A stretch of DNA of 64,000 nucleotides from Alloascoidea hylecoeti (Eukaryota), in assembly GCA_001600815.1 (NCBI GenBank), contig BCKZ01000003.1, positions 1,165,474 through 1,229,473 on the forward strand, given 5' to 3'. Both the position numbers and the translations under genes were made by a program. Position 1 is the stretch's first letter. Each line of letters starts with the position of its first letter. The notes beneath the pieces were generated by a model. The model was given only the letters and a program-made list of their open reading frames with translations. It was not told the DNA's origin and did not search any database. Shown piece after piece: positions 36,693 to 48,037 of the stretch.

Positions 36693-38387
36693 TTATAAAG
36701 AATCTGAATTGATGTTTGAATCATTTGAATCCTCTTCATTCCCATTATCAGCAATTCTTAAGGCATTAAAATATCCATAAATACTTAAAAAAGTTAAACT
36801 CCACCATGCAATTTCAACACAACTATGAGCTTGACTATACGCCATAACAAGACCTCCACCAATAGGTCCAATTGATCTTGCTAATGCTTTAGCAACTTGA
36901 ACAACACCGTTAACAGTTCCTAAAACTTCTCTTTTTTTAACTGATCTATTTGTTAAAACTGATATTTGAGGAAATGCAAAAGCATATAATATTGTTTTCC
37001 AAAAAACAATTGTAAAAATATAAAAATATTGTTTATGATATGATTCATTACCAGATAATAAAATATATGGCATTATTAGAAATAAAAATGGGAGTTGTAA
37101 CAATACAATTTTAAAAGGTTTTAAAGTACCAAATTTTAAATCAACCCATGGTGTTAAAGTTATCATTGTAATTATTCCAACCACTCCATTACATGATAAA
37201 ATAAAACCAACATCTGCTGAATTAAAACCTAAACCTCCTACTAGTGTGAAAGGAAAGTGTGATCTTAATGTTTTATCATTTGGATCGTTTGGATTTAAGT
37301 ATGCAATACTGGTTGATAACACAACAGGTAATAATTCGTCATAAACAGTTCCACAGAGAGATGATATAGCAGTTTGCATAATTATAATATTCACTGCTGG
37401 TGTAAAGATATCTGACCAATTTTCCTTATATGATATTTTTCGTTTTGTTGCTGTGTTTCGTTCTTCATCAACAATGATAATATGTGATGAAGTACTAGAA
37501 TCTGAATTATTAGATGTTGAACCATAATTGACTTGTCCAATGGCTTTATTCCTAGTTTTTGATATTAACATAGCATCATTATCATCATATTCTTCTGCTC
37601 CTTCTTCTTTTTTACTATGATATAGTGTAAATCCGAGAAATGTTTTAATCTTATCACCAATTTCACAACCTATATCTCTCCTATCCTTAGCACTCTCGAA
37701 AGTTTCTTCAAGGAATGAAAAAGCAAAAAGTAATCCAATTACTACTATCCCAGAAACTATGAAATTTGGTAATGCATAGGGATATTTTTTGAAAAAAATG
37801 GTGTCTTTGAATAAAAATGGTAAATTTTCAACAGGATTTGCCAAATAGCCTCCTATCATTGGACCAATAACACATCCAACTTGCCAAAATAAAGGCATTG
37901 TAATAAATGCTAATTGTTGATGTTTTCTTTCAACTGCTATTTCTCCAATCATTGTTCTCAAGACTCCAACATTACCATAAAGTAAACCAGTTATACACCT
38001 CGCGCCAATCGCCATGTAAATATTTGTAGATAGGTCAAATAGAAGCATGCCTAAAATAGTGCCAAACAGACTCAATATAACTACTGGTTTACGACCATGC
38101 TTGTCAGACATTCTACCCCAATGAATACCCGTTAAAACCTGACATAAGGCAAAGCATCCAGAAACATAGCCAGCATACGTTGCTATTTCTCCTTCATTTT
38201 TATCACAATGAAAATCCCGTACCATAAAAAACAGATATGAAAATATAGATGTGAAAGCTATTGGTTCTGCAAATCGAACTAATGCAATTACAGTTATTTG
38301 GCTTATTGGGAAATCTTCTAATTGATCTTTGAATGATAAACTTTTAGTTTTTTTGTTGGGTTTGTTTTTTGTTGTCGATATTACCAT
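36693..38387 (-). CDS. MFS transporter, tandem paralog of 32855-34657 (copy 2)
   Basis: Collinear high identity with copy 1; ATG at 38387; intact ORF with a shorter acidic C-terminal tail. Confidence 0.88.
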   Translation of the reverse strand: MVISTTKNKPNKKTKSLSFKDQLEDFPISQITVIALVRFAEPIAFTSIFSYLFFMVRDFHCDKNEGEIATYAGYVSGCFALCQVLTGIHWGRMSDKHGRKPVVILSLFGTILGMLLFDLSTNIYMAIGARCITGLLYGNVGVLRTMIGEIAVERKHQQLAFITMPLFWQVGCVIGPMIGGYLANPVENLPFLFKDTIFFKKYPYALPNFIVSGIVVIGLLFAFSFLEETFESAKDRRDIGCEIGDKIKTFLGFTLYHSKKEEGAEEYDDNDAMLISKTRNKAIGQVNYGSTSNNSDSSTSSHIIIVDEERNTATKRKISYKENWSDIFTPAVNIIIMQTAISSLCGTVYDELLPVVLSTSIAYLNPNDPNDKTLRSHFPFTLVGGLGFNSADVGFILSCNGVVGIITMITLTPWVDLKFGTLKPFKIVLLQLPFLFLIMPYILLSGNESYHKQYFYIFTIVFWKTILYAFAFPQISVLTNRSVKKREVLGTVNGVVQVAKALARSIGPIGGGLVMAYSQAHSCVEIAWWSLTFLSIYGYFNALRIADNGNEEDSNDSNINSDSL

Positions 38388-38649
38388 TTTCAATTATCAC
38401 GATCGTAATATATCTTAGCTAGAGCTTTATTACAGAACAGAGCAATTACATAAGTAATCATGTAACTACGGAATTTCTTGTGATAGGGCTTATTATAAAG
38501 CTGATTAATAAACCAATTATAAGACTTCTTGGGTATGTTTACGAGTTTCGTATTATATGCCAAGATATCTGCGCCTTTGGTTTATAAATTATAATCTAAT
38601 TTAGATTTTAAAAAAATCGTTCAAAAATTATCACTCCCGGCTTTCTTCC

Positions 38650-39982
38650 GGGCACTTTTTAAGCTAATCAGCTTCAACAGGACAACAAATAGATTTCAAA
38701 TCATAATTTTCCAAATTAGTTTCAATTTCCTAGTATTTTTCAGAAATAGTAGTAAAGTGGACACTGGAAAGTTCATAAATTTCGTCAAAGGAATCACTTA
38801 TAATATTTTTGTTAAATTCCTTAAATTCCAACATATCATCTTCGTTAGGATCTTCTGCATCGTCAGAGACTTCATCATCTGAATCCCATTCATATGGATA
38901 TTACACATCAATCACTTTAAGATTAACATGTTTTTGAGACTTTATAATTTCAATGTCCGTTAAAGTCACCGTATTAGTAATTTTCGGCATTTTCTGTGAA
39001 ACTGTAACTTCAAGTTCAGATGTATTTAATTCCAGAACATCTTCTTCTAAAAGATCTATAGCCATCATCACATTAGAATCTTCTAAGTTAAATTCAGATG
39101 CAACATCTGATTCAGTTTCAGGTTTATTAATAATTTCCTCTTCCAACTCATACATACAATTGTGAAATCTCAAACATTTCATCACTTTCAGAAGACACTA
39201 CCTCTGAATCCGTATTTTCAAACTTAGATTCTTTGATTCCAGAACCTCTTCTTTAATAACATCCTCGATTTCTACCTTAGCCATACCAGTATCAACTTTT
39301 CGTAATTCTTTAGATAAAATTCTACTTTTCCCTATTCCACCTGTTTCTCCTCGATTGTTTGAGGAGTTTCCCAGTCCATCAATCTCTTTACCTCCTCCAT
39401 AAAATCCTTCTTATTACAGAACTCCATTATTGAATAACTCACATTGTCAAATATCTCAGCCGAAGTTTTTCCAATTGGAAGAACACCTTGACCGTTTATC
39501 CAAGATATAAGTTCTATATCACATTTCCCAATTTATCTTCTAAACCAATCGCATTCAATAATTTTCTAAGAGCCATCCTATATGTTAATGTCTCATTTTC
39601 TACTAACTTCTTGCTGAAAAATACAATTAGTTCTCCAAATTCCATCCATGTAAACACATTCCTAGCCTTCACAAGCCTTTTCAAACTCTCTTTAGAATAA
39701 TCAATAACTGGCTTTTTCTTTTTGCCATAATTTTTCTTCAATGATTTTAATAACAAAGGAGCATCCTCCTCGTCATAGCCATCTAACAACGATACCCTAC
39801 CTCAACATGAATAAGGTATTTTATCCATCTTTTCTTCATAAAATATTTCCGACTTCCCCCACCCATAGGCCTTTACGTGCCTTTCAAACACTTCAACAAG
39901 AGGATCAACATTTCCAAAAGAAAAAGGGGTAAAGTTAGAAATTGACTAGCCCATCCCAACATTTAGAATAATCGTCAGTCAT
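38650..39982 (-). pseudogene. Degenerate Ty3/gypsy-like gag plus acidic downstream region; no pol seen
   Basis: ATG at 39982, then PFSFGNVDPLVEVFERHVKAYGW..LLDGYDEEDAPLLLKSLKKNYG, resembling fungal gypsy Gag N-termini. Multiple stops and frameshifts. Lies directly downstream of the PBS. Confidence 0.6.
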
Positions 39983-40127
39983 TTTTATTTTTATTTTATT
40001 GTATTTTTAATGATTTTTTTTATAGAAATTTTTTTAATATCAAAACAATTTAAATTAAAGTATAAAAGAAATATATCTTTATGTAGTGTACGACAAGATC
40101 GCAAGTAACACGATTTTAAACAGAAAG

Positions 40128-40434
40128 TCCTCCCCGAGGTCGCCACTATGTCGTCACACCACTTAAATATAAGTTAAAGGGTGAGACTACAACAACTTTC
40201 CTGATAATGAGAGAGACTGCAGATCACTTGTTTATACCAACACTCAATAACCGGTAACTGGAATAAGCAATAGTCCTTTTAACCCAGATACTCAATGCTT
40301 AACTCTCACTCAAGTTAGGAGTGATGGTTAATCAAAGATATCTTCTTGATCTTTTCTAGTAAAAAACGGGTAGTTCGTTTACTAAAAGAATGACTTTAAC
40401 AATAGCTACCATCCCGGAACTTGCTGTCAAAACA
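40128..40434 (-). mobile_element. 5' LTR (about 40149-40434) and tRNA primer-binding site (40128-40145) of a truncated LTR retrotransposon
   Basis: Minus strand: TGTTTTGAC...GTGACGACA termini, TATAAA followed by a CT-rich tract, then tag-TGGCGACCTCGGGGAGGA, complementary to a tRNA 3' end (..CGAGGTCG-CCA). The distal LTR end is uncertain. Confidence 0.65.
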
Positions 40435-40823
40435 TTAGTGTTTGAGGCGGCAGCACGAGATGCATCCACAAGCCACTCTGATCCAGCCAATCACATCACA
40501 GCTAAGAACAGAAAAAATAAAACCACGAGTAAGCTAATTCCGCGAAATTTTCTTGACTGGAAACAATTAAGCCGATAATATAAATATAAAACAAAACAAA
40601 AACAAAAACGAATAAAATATAGAAAATAGGAAAAAAATGAGATCGTCAGATATCGCCCGATGTGAAGATGCTTAATTTATAAATCTAATATGGCGTAGTT
40701 TTAATTTTTCGTTTTCCGATGTTACCCGACCCGATATAAAAGTGATTTCTTTTGATTTATTTGTTTGTTGAAATATTCCCTGTTCTTCCCTTTTTTTGTC
40801 TTTACACGAATCCCTTTTCCAAT

Positions 40824-41480
40824 ATGGTAAAGATTCTTACTCCAGAGCAGCTAGAAGCTCATAACCATTATTTATATGTTCATGCCTTCAAGGGGTTCAC
40901 TATTGGTTGTGTTGCGTCATTAGGTATCTACAGATTTGTTTCAAAGCGGTATCCAGCGTTCAATAAGTTACCATACACTTTGAAAACTTTTACGGCGATT
41001 GTACCACCAATCGTCGGTGTTGTTACTGCCGGTGAAGCTGCTTCGATTCGTTTTGATAAAATAGTTTATAAGAGTGGTGAATACTCTGATGAGGCAATTA
41101 AAGAACAACTTAGAATTAAACGTTTACCTATATCAGAACGTCTTACGGAATATGTAATGGCTAATAAGTTTACAATGATAACTGGTGCTTGGGCTGCTTC
41201 TATGTGGGCCTCATGGGAATGGGTTAATAGAGATAAAATTATGACCAAATCACAGAAGATCGTCCAAGCAAGAATGTATGCTCAGAGTTTGACTGTTATT
41301 TTAGTGTTAGGTTCTGTTTTATTGACAGTCTATGAAGAAGAGAGGCATCCAGAAAAGTATGGTGGAAAGACTACAGATAATTCATGGAAAACTATATTAG
41401 AAGAAGAGGAAAAAGAGGAGGAAGAAGCAGCAGCAGCTTTATCCAAGTCTAAAAAACCTATCTTACAAAAAGCAGAATAG
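40824..41480 (+). CDS. RCF2: Respiratory supercomplex factor 2 (HIG1 domain)
   Basis: MVKILT..H; AWAASMWASW; QKIVQARMYAQ. Reb1-like TTACCCG at 40722. Confidence 0.92.
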   Translation: MVKILTPEQLEAHNHYLYVHAFKGFTIGCVASLGIYRFVSKRYPAFNKLPYTLKTFTAIVPPIVGVVTAGEAASIRFDKIVYKSGEYSDEAIKEQLRIKRLPISERLTEYVMANKFTMITGAWAASMWASWEWVNRDKIMTKSQKIVQARMYAQSLTVILVLGSVLLTVYEEERHPEKYGGKTTDNSWKTILEEEEKEEEEAAAALSKSKKPILQKAE

Positions 41481-41806
41481 ATAGATACTCTATTTTTTAT
41501 GGAAGTTTTATATGGTTTTGTTTTATGAGATACCTAATTGTTAGTTGATCAGCGTTTATAAGTTATACTTCTCTATTTATATACTCTGAGCACCTTTTTT
41601 AATAATAATTTGAGATAGATTTTATTTGATTTTGGTACTTAATTAATGGAAATTGTATTTCGTTGTTTTTTGTATTTGTATTGTAATAAATGGGTTATAT
41701 GTTCATTAGTAATTATATATAGGAATACATAATCTTGATATAAGGTAGACATTAAAGTGAGGGAATTTCATAAAATAATTTGCTCAAATATGCTTATTGT
41801 GGGTAG

Positions 41807-42292
41807 CTAAGGGCTTGTAGTAACAGTCTCTTTTTTTGCATTTTCTACAGTTAGTTTAGAGAATAATACTTGATACCACTTCTCTCGAAATTTTGGGGAT
41901 AATTGCATTAATAAAGCTTCTGTTGTTTCGTATATCTTTTCATCAAATCCATCGGTATTAATAAGACTCTTCGAAAAATCAACGGGTAATCTCTTGAACT
42001 AATTGTATTAGAATTTAAATAGTTAGTAAAAATATCAATATCCTGCTTAATATACTAAGGAAAATATACAAGAACTTACACTCCATCCAGCAGAACTGAC
42101 AGATAGTAGAAATTTATCACCTTCATGGGTTTCTAGTTGAATCAATTGCTTATCACTTTCCTGATCCGAATACTTCGTACTCGACAAAACATTACCAGAC
42201 ATAGTGGAAACAATATATATTGATTTCACTAACCCATATTTTGAATATTCATTAACAAGCGCCTTATATTCAGCAGAAGCATAACTTTTCAT
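41807..42292 (-). CDS. GSKIP (DUF727) domain protein; exons 42292-42080 and 41998-41807 (134 aa)
   Basis: Intron 42079-41999 (GTAAGT..TACTAAC..TAG). Spliced protein has IQLETHEG..LSVSSAGW and YETTEALLMQLSPKF..LFSKL. Confidence 0.8.
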
Positions 42293-42502
42293 TTTTAAGC
42301 CTGGTACAAAAGATAAAACTCATTGATCCTATATATTAGTTATATGCTTATGTAATCAAACTGCTTTAACCACGACAAATAATATACAGTTTTTAAACGT
42401 TTTGAATATAAATTTATAATGTATTCTCTTCATTATTTATTATTAATAACAATTATGTGATTATATACACACATTACATAACGCTTTAACAATTAATATT
42501 AA

Positions 42503-43200
42503 CTAATGACCTCCTCTTCTTAGTCTTCTCTTTCTGCTTCTTTCAATCTTAGCATGTCCTTCTTCAGTATCACTAACATCCAATTTAGTACCTCTGATAT
42601 AGTAATGCCTTGTTCTTTGAGGTCTCTTGACAGGTCTTTGAATAATTTCAATTTTGTCAATATTTGGATTAAAAACAGAATATCTCATTTCAACACCAAT
42701 TGATGATGTTTTAGTTCTCAATAAAACATTTGAATCAACTAATCTTTTTCTAATAGATATAGCAATACCCATAAATATTACTTTTGATTTTAATGTAATT
42801 TTAATAGCATCACCTGCTTTCATAACTTCACTTTTTTTACCATATATTAATTTTCTTCTCCATCCATCAGGATCATATTTATCAAAAAATTGATTGTTGA
42901 TTTCGTCAACTGCTGAAAACCCTTTTTTATAATCTTCTTTGGGTCGAGTATAAACAGGAATAATAGTTTCTTAACACAAACAAACAAAAAAAAAGAAGGA
43001 AATTTAACATTAGTTTCATTCTATAATCATTCAAAGATTTGAAAATTTAAAAACATACTTTTCTTAACTGGAAGTGTGAAATTAGCAGTTTGTGTTATTA
43101 TCATAGGTTTCATAATTGATGTTGCTGATGGTACCAGTTTTGAGGCCAAGAGACCCGAACTCCTGATGATACTTTGCACACCTTGAAGTCTTGAAAACAT
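42503..43200 (-). CDS. IMG1: Mitochondrial ribosomal protein bL19m; exons 43200-43059 and 42969-42503
   Basis: Intron 43058-42970 (GTATGT..ACTAAT..AAG). Spliced product has a presequence, DPDGWRRKL, KAGD, GVEMRYSVFNPNI, YYIRGTKLDV. Confidence 0.9.
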
Positions 43201-43375
43201 TGACCAACAATTGAAATTTACCAAATTCAATTTGGTGAACAGTAGATTTTGCATGTACTGTTATATACGCCCATGTGCGTATATTACAGCACATACAATG
43301 TTTATTTACAAATTAAAAAAAAAGAACAGTAATACATACATAATTAAAGAAAATATATATAGATTTGTTAATTCA

Positions 43376-44296
43376 ATGTCACAAAATTTGAATAAAAGTA
43401 TAATAACAACAGGCTCAAAGGCTCCAATGATATCTCGTTTATTTAACAGGAAATTACCTGAGTTTGTACCACATGATAATCATAAAGAAGAAGTTATGAG
43501 TTCGATTATAAATGCTAGCCCAAAGGAGAATAAGTTAGAAACCACTGTGGATATTAAAAATAAGGTAAATGATAACAACTTTGATAATGAAAATGATACT
43601 GACAATGAAAAGAAAGTTATAAAGAAACGAAAAGGTGGTGAAAAGAAAAAAAGAGTGGTACTAACTTACGAAGATGATGAAGAAGAAGAAAGTATAATAA
43701 TAAAGAGCAAATTAAATAGCAAGAATAAAAAGAAGAAATTCAAGGTATCATTAAAAGGTGATTCAAGTATAGATATTTCATTCATTAAAACAAAACAAGA
43801 AATACGAAAAGAAGAAAAACTAAGAGAACAAATCCGACAAGAATATCTTTTAAAACAAGAAGAAATTAAAAAAAAACAAATTAAAATACCCTTTGTTTAT
43901 TATGATGGAGTTTCAACACCATCAAAATTAGATATTAAATTTGGTGATCAAATATGGATTTTTTTAGAAAATGCAAGAAAAATTAAAAAAGAATTTCATC
44001 GTTTAACAGTTGATGATATTATATTAGTTAAAGATAATATAATTATACCACATAATTATGAATTTTATTATTTTATTCATCATAAAATTAAAACTAAAAA
44101 AGGTTTATTATTTGATTTTAATAATATTGATGCTTCACAAATTTCAAGTACAAAAGTTGTTCAAAGATCTTGGTATGAAAGGAATAAACATATATATCCT
44201 GTTTCTTTATGGACTGAATTTGATCCTGAGGAAGATTATGTTAATAGAGTTGAAAGAGATGGAAATGGTAATGTACTTTTTAATCAAGATATATAA
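43376..44296 (+). CDS. XAP5/FAM50 family nuclear protein
   Basis: IPFVYYDG, GDQIWIFL, IIPHNYEFY, TKVVQRSWYERNKHIYP..W. Start uncertain (43376 or 43427). Confidence 0.88.
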   Translation: MSQNLNKSIITTGSKAPMISRLFNRKLPEFVPHDNHKEEVMSSIINASPKENKLETTVDIKNKVNDNNFDNENDTDNEKKVIKKRKGGEKKKRVVLTYEDDEEEESIIIKSKLNSKNKKKKFKVSLKGDSSIDISFIKTKQEIRKEEKLREQIRQEYLLKQEEIKKKQIKIPFVYYDGVSTPSKLDIKFGDQIWIFLENARKIKKEFHRLTVDDIILVKDNIIIPHNYEFYYFIHHKIKTKKGLLFDFNNIDASQISSTKVVQRSWYERNKHIYPVSLWTEFDPEEDYVNRVERDGNGNVLFNQDI

Positions 44297-44469
44297 TTAT
44301 AAATTAATTAAGTTTTAACCACTAGTGAAAAAATAAATAATAAAAAATAAAAAAATAAAAGAAACATCCATTATAGTATTAATGTATAAACAAATCATAA
44401 ACAAATTTAAAATAAACTAAAAAAACATAAAATATGAGGAAATGGTACGAAGTAATATGAGAATGCAAT

Positions 44470-45270
44470 TTAAAACTTTGGTTTTCTTTTTCTTCCTGTA
44501 AATTTACTATCTTTTGCAACCTTATAACCTCTTTTCCTCATTGTTTCTTTCTTTCTATCAATATATTCACGTCTTGTTTCTTCACCTTTCCTCTTTTTAT
44601 GAGCTCTCTTTGGTTTAGATTCATTTACAACACCTTCTAAATTAAGTTGATCAGAAACAGATTCAGCATGACCAGCAATAAGAACAAGATAATATTTCAT
44701 ATTTTTCTTTTCTGTACCATCAATTACTAAACCACCATTAAAACCAGCTAATTTAGCAGCTTCTTGAATATGATCTTTTTGTGTATCATTCATTGGATAA
44801 AACTGTCCAACGAATTTACCACCTCTTTTTAAACTTGAGAATAAAGTATTAAAAAAATGTAATAAACGTTTTTTAGGATTATTATTAGTTGAATCAGCAT
44901 TACATAACCATTGAATAACACTAATACTAATAGCAGCATCAAATGTTCCAGCTCTAAAAGGTATTCCTTGACCTATATCAGATAAAAATAAATCCCCTTC
45001 AACTTCTCTATCTAAAGCTTCACCAAGCATTGAAGGAGCAATATCTAAGCCTACCCATGTATGTTTCTCTTCTGTTAATATTTCACCAGATAATCCAGAA
45101 CCACAACCAATATCTAAAACGTGTTGATATGGTGGTAAGTTTAATAAATCCAAAGCTCTATAAGTCATTTCAGCTTGAATATGTTGAATACGGGATGAAG
45201 AAGTATACTTCTTTGCCTCCGAATCTCCATAAAAGATTTCTGGAGGAGCCGTTTGCTCTGGTCTAGACAT
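44470..45270 (-). CDS. BUD23: 18S rRNA m7G methyltransferase
   Basis: MSRPE..APPEIFY, LDIGCGSGLSG, QWLCNAD, C-terminal SKFTGRKRKPKF; ATG at 45270. Confidence 0.96.
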   Translation of the reverse strand: MSRPEQTAPPEIFYGDSEAKKYTSSSRIQHIQAEMTYRALDLLNLPPYQHVLDIGCGSGLSGEILTEEKHTWVGLDIAPSMLGEALDREVEGDLFLSDIGQGIPFRAGTFDAAISISVIQWLCNADSTNNNPKKRLLHFFNTLFSSLKRGGKFVGQFYPMNDTQKDHIQEAAKLAGFNGGLVIDGTEKKNMKYYLVLIAGHAESVSDQLNLEGVVNESKPKRAHKKRKGEETRREYIDRKKETMRKRGYKVAKDSKFTGRKRKPKF

Positions 45271-45345
45271 TATAATAATAATAAAAAATTTGTGTTTAAT
45301 GGAGTGAAAAATCCTAAAGAAATAATTTTGATTTAGCAAAAATGT

Positions 45346-45925
45346 ATCACGTGATACATCGGTTCTTAATTTCTTTCGGCCACTTGACAGGCAAATATTC
45401 GTCGTTATTTTGAGCTTCTTATACTGTCACGTGTGACGAAATAATCAATTCCAGATATGGGCGAAACTAAGTGTATTGCTTATATAATATTTCATATGGA
45501 ATAAAATTTCAGAAGAATTTTACTGTAATATTCACATTTTGAACTTCTTTTGCATTAATTATTATAATGAGCCTTATTAATTATTTTAGTATGGAAATGG
45601 TTTCAAGATTCCGATTCCCGATAGCTGCGATTTTGAAGCATGTAGTGACATTATGGTCATTGATTGTAAGTTCTTCCTTAGACGCGGGATCCATCGTGGA
45701 TCCACGGCAAAGTTTAAAGGTTTGTCAGATAAAAATCAGAATAAAGATAAAGGATTTCCCGGGTGACACTTTCCCCTGAAAATATGGAGAATATGTGGAT
45801 AGATTACACTTGATTTCTATATCTATATTAATAGACGATTGGACTTGCAATTGTATGTTATGGAGAATACGATAAACGATGTAAACGAGAGCCGGAGAAA
45901 CCTTCTCCCCAATTTTCCACGTGAC
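45346..45925. promoter_or_regulatory. Three CACGTG E-boxes (Cbf1/bHLH-type) in the divergent BUD23-ARE intergenic region
   Basis: ATCACGTGAT 45346-45355; GTCACGTG 45426-45433; CACGTGAC 45918-45925. Confidence 0.5.
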
Positions 45926-46333
45926 GATGAATGATTCATTGTTGTTTTGTCTATATTCTACAAATCTGAGAATAATCGCCTACTCACACACAAAAATGTC
46001 GCCTGGGGCATGCCAATGTGCATTCCTCGGTCTTCAGACTCTTCACAAAAGATTCAATCCGCCTTCGTAAAAAAGTTCCTCCTGTACGTACCGTGTAAAA
46101 TGTAAATAAGACCGTTAAAATGCTAGGTTCTTCAACCAATGAACTAAGGAGTTATCGCCTGGGTGTATTTTTTGTGTGAATGAATATTAATCCTGTTTAA
46201 ATTTTTGTCACGAATCCACATTAAAGTTATCAGTGTGTGTAATCGGTTAGGGTAACTTCTGCATCCGAACTCTTATAAAAGCCGAACTGACCCATTCTCA
46301 GAAAACTATTCACGTAACAACACAATTAAAAAA

Positions 46334-48037
46334 ATGACCAGCTATTCCTCAGGCTCAGTCTACACTGAAAAACAGGGCTTACTTCCATCTGATATCCCCC
46401 TCACAGATCCTTCTAAACTCTCTGCTGGAGATAGGTCCGATACAGAAGCTAGTCTCAGTGAATATACAGTTCAAAACTTGCCTTCAGGGCATCGCAGTCT
46501 GTTACAACTGGACAACGAATTCGATGATTCAAGTGAAGACGATTTTCAGAAAAAAAAGCAAAAATCTCAAGATATATCAAACATTACTAATGGTGAAATA
46601 TTAAAAATCCATATAGATGATGTTAGTGATGACGGCGGGAAAACTAATAAAGATGTTATTATACAAGCAAAAAGAGAACGTTTTGTGAAAAATGGTAAGC
46701 TACGTTCCAGATTTGCCGATGTTAAATTCATAGACACAACTTCAATTTTGGATAGTAAAACAAGTCAAAACTCTGATTTTAGAGGGTTTTATACATTATT
46801 TTGGCTTGGTACTGCTTTATTTGCTATAAGTACTTTTGTTAATCATCATCAAATTCATGGAACCCTTATTGATAAAGATTTATTAAATATCTTAAGTAGG
46901 GATGTTATAGCAGTCCTTTCAACTGATATTTGGATGTATGTTTGTACTTATTTTGGTTTTTTTTTACAATTGGCGTGTAAAAAAAATTTAATTGATTTTA
47001 ATAAATCTGGTTGGATTATTCAAAATTTATATCAAACAAGTTTCTTTTTTTTCTTTTTATGGTGGGCATATTATAAAAATTTCCCATGGATTGGTAGAGT
47101 TTTTTTAGTATTACATTCATTAGTTTTAATAATGAAACAACACTCTTATGCTTTTTATAATGGTTATTTATGGAGAATTTATAATGAAAGACGTTTTAAT
47201 AAACAAAAATTATTAAAATTTGGTCCACAACTTGATTATGATGAAACAAGATTATTAAAAGATTCAATTAAATTTTGTGATTTTGAATTAAAATCTCAAT
47301 CTGTTATAACTCCTTTCCCATCAAACTTAACTTTTTCAAATTATTTCATGTATTCAATGTTTCCTGTTTTAGTTTATGAGATTGATTATCCAAGAACTGA
47401 AAAAATTAGAATTGGTTATGCTTTAGAAAAATTTTGTGCTATATTTGGTGTTATCTTTTTAATGATTATGCTAGCACAAAATTATATGTTCCCTGTTGCA
47501 ATGAAATCTCTTGCTTTAAGAGATACTCCATTTTTAGAAAAAGCTAGAATTTTCCCTGTTATATTGGTTGAAATGGCTCCACCATTCCTATTAATGTACC
47601 TGCTTGTTTTTTATTTAATATGGGATGCTATACTTAATGAAGTTGCTGAATTAACACGTTTTGCTGATCGTGATTTTTATGGTGATTGGTGGAATTGTGT
47701 TACATGGGATGAATTTGCAAGAATTTGGAATAAACCTGTCCATAAATTTTTATTAAGACATGTTTATCATAGTAGTATTTCATCATTATCTGTTTCAAAA
47801 CATACTGCTACATTATTAACTTTCTTATTATCTTCATTGGTTCATGAATTAGTAATGTTTGTTATATTTCAAAAATTAAGAGGTTATCTTTTAGTATTAC
47901 AAATGCTTCAATTACCATTAGTTATGATTTCAAGAATGAAACTTTTTAAAGATCAAAAATTATTTGGAAATATTATATTTTGGATTGGAATTTCTTCAAG
48001 TCCATCTCTTGTTTGTCTATTATATCTTACATTTTAA
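46334..48037 (+). CDS. ARE2: Acyl-CoA:sterol acyltransferase (MBOAT)
   Basis: MKQHSYAFYNG, FYGDWWN, WNKPVHKFL, HE catalytic motif. ARE1 and ARE2 cannot be distinguished. Confidence 0.9.
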   Translation: MTSYSSGSVYTEKQGLLPSDIPLTDPSKLSAGDRSDTEASLSEYTVQNLPSGHRSLLQLDNEFDDSSEDDFQKKKQKSQDISNITNGEILKIHIDDVSDDGGKTNKDVIIQAKRERFVKNGKLRSRFADVKFIDTTSILDSKTSQNSDFRGFYTLFWLGTALFAISTFVNHHQIHGTLIDKDLLNILSRDVIAVLSTDIWMYVCTYFGFFLQLACKKNLIDFNKSGWIIQNLYQTSFFFFFLWWAYYKNFPWIGRVFLVLHSLVLIMKQHSYAFYNGYLWRIYNERRFNKQKLLKFGPQLDYDETRLLKDSIKFCDFELKSQSVITPFPSNLTFSNYFMYSMFPVLVYEIDYPRTEKIRIGYALEKFCAIFGVIFLMIMLAQNYMFPVAMKSLALRDTPFLEKARIFPVILVEMAPPFLLMYLLVFYLIWDAILNEVAELTRFADRDFYGDWWNCVTWDEFARIWNKPVHKFLLRHVYHSSISSLSVSKHTATLLTFLLSSLVHELVMFVIFQKLRGYLLVLQMLQLPLVMISRMKLFKDQKLFGNIIFWIGISSSPSLVCLLYLTF

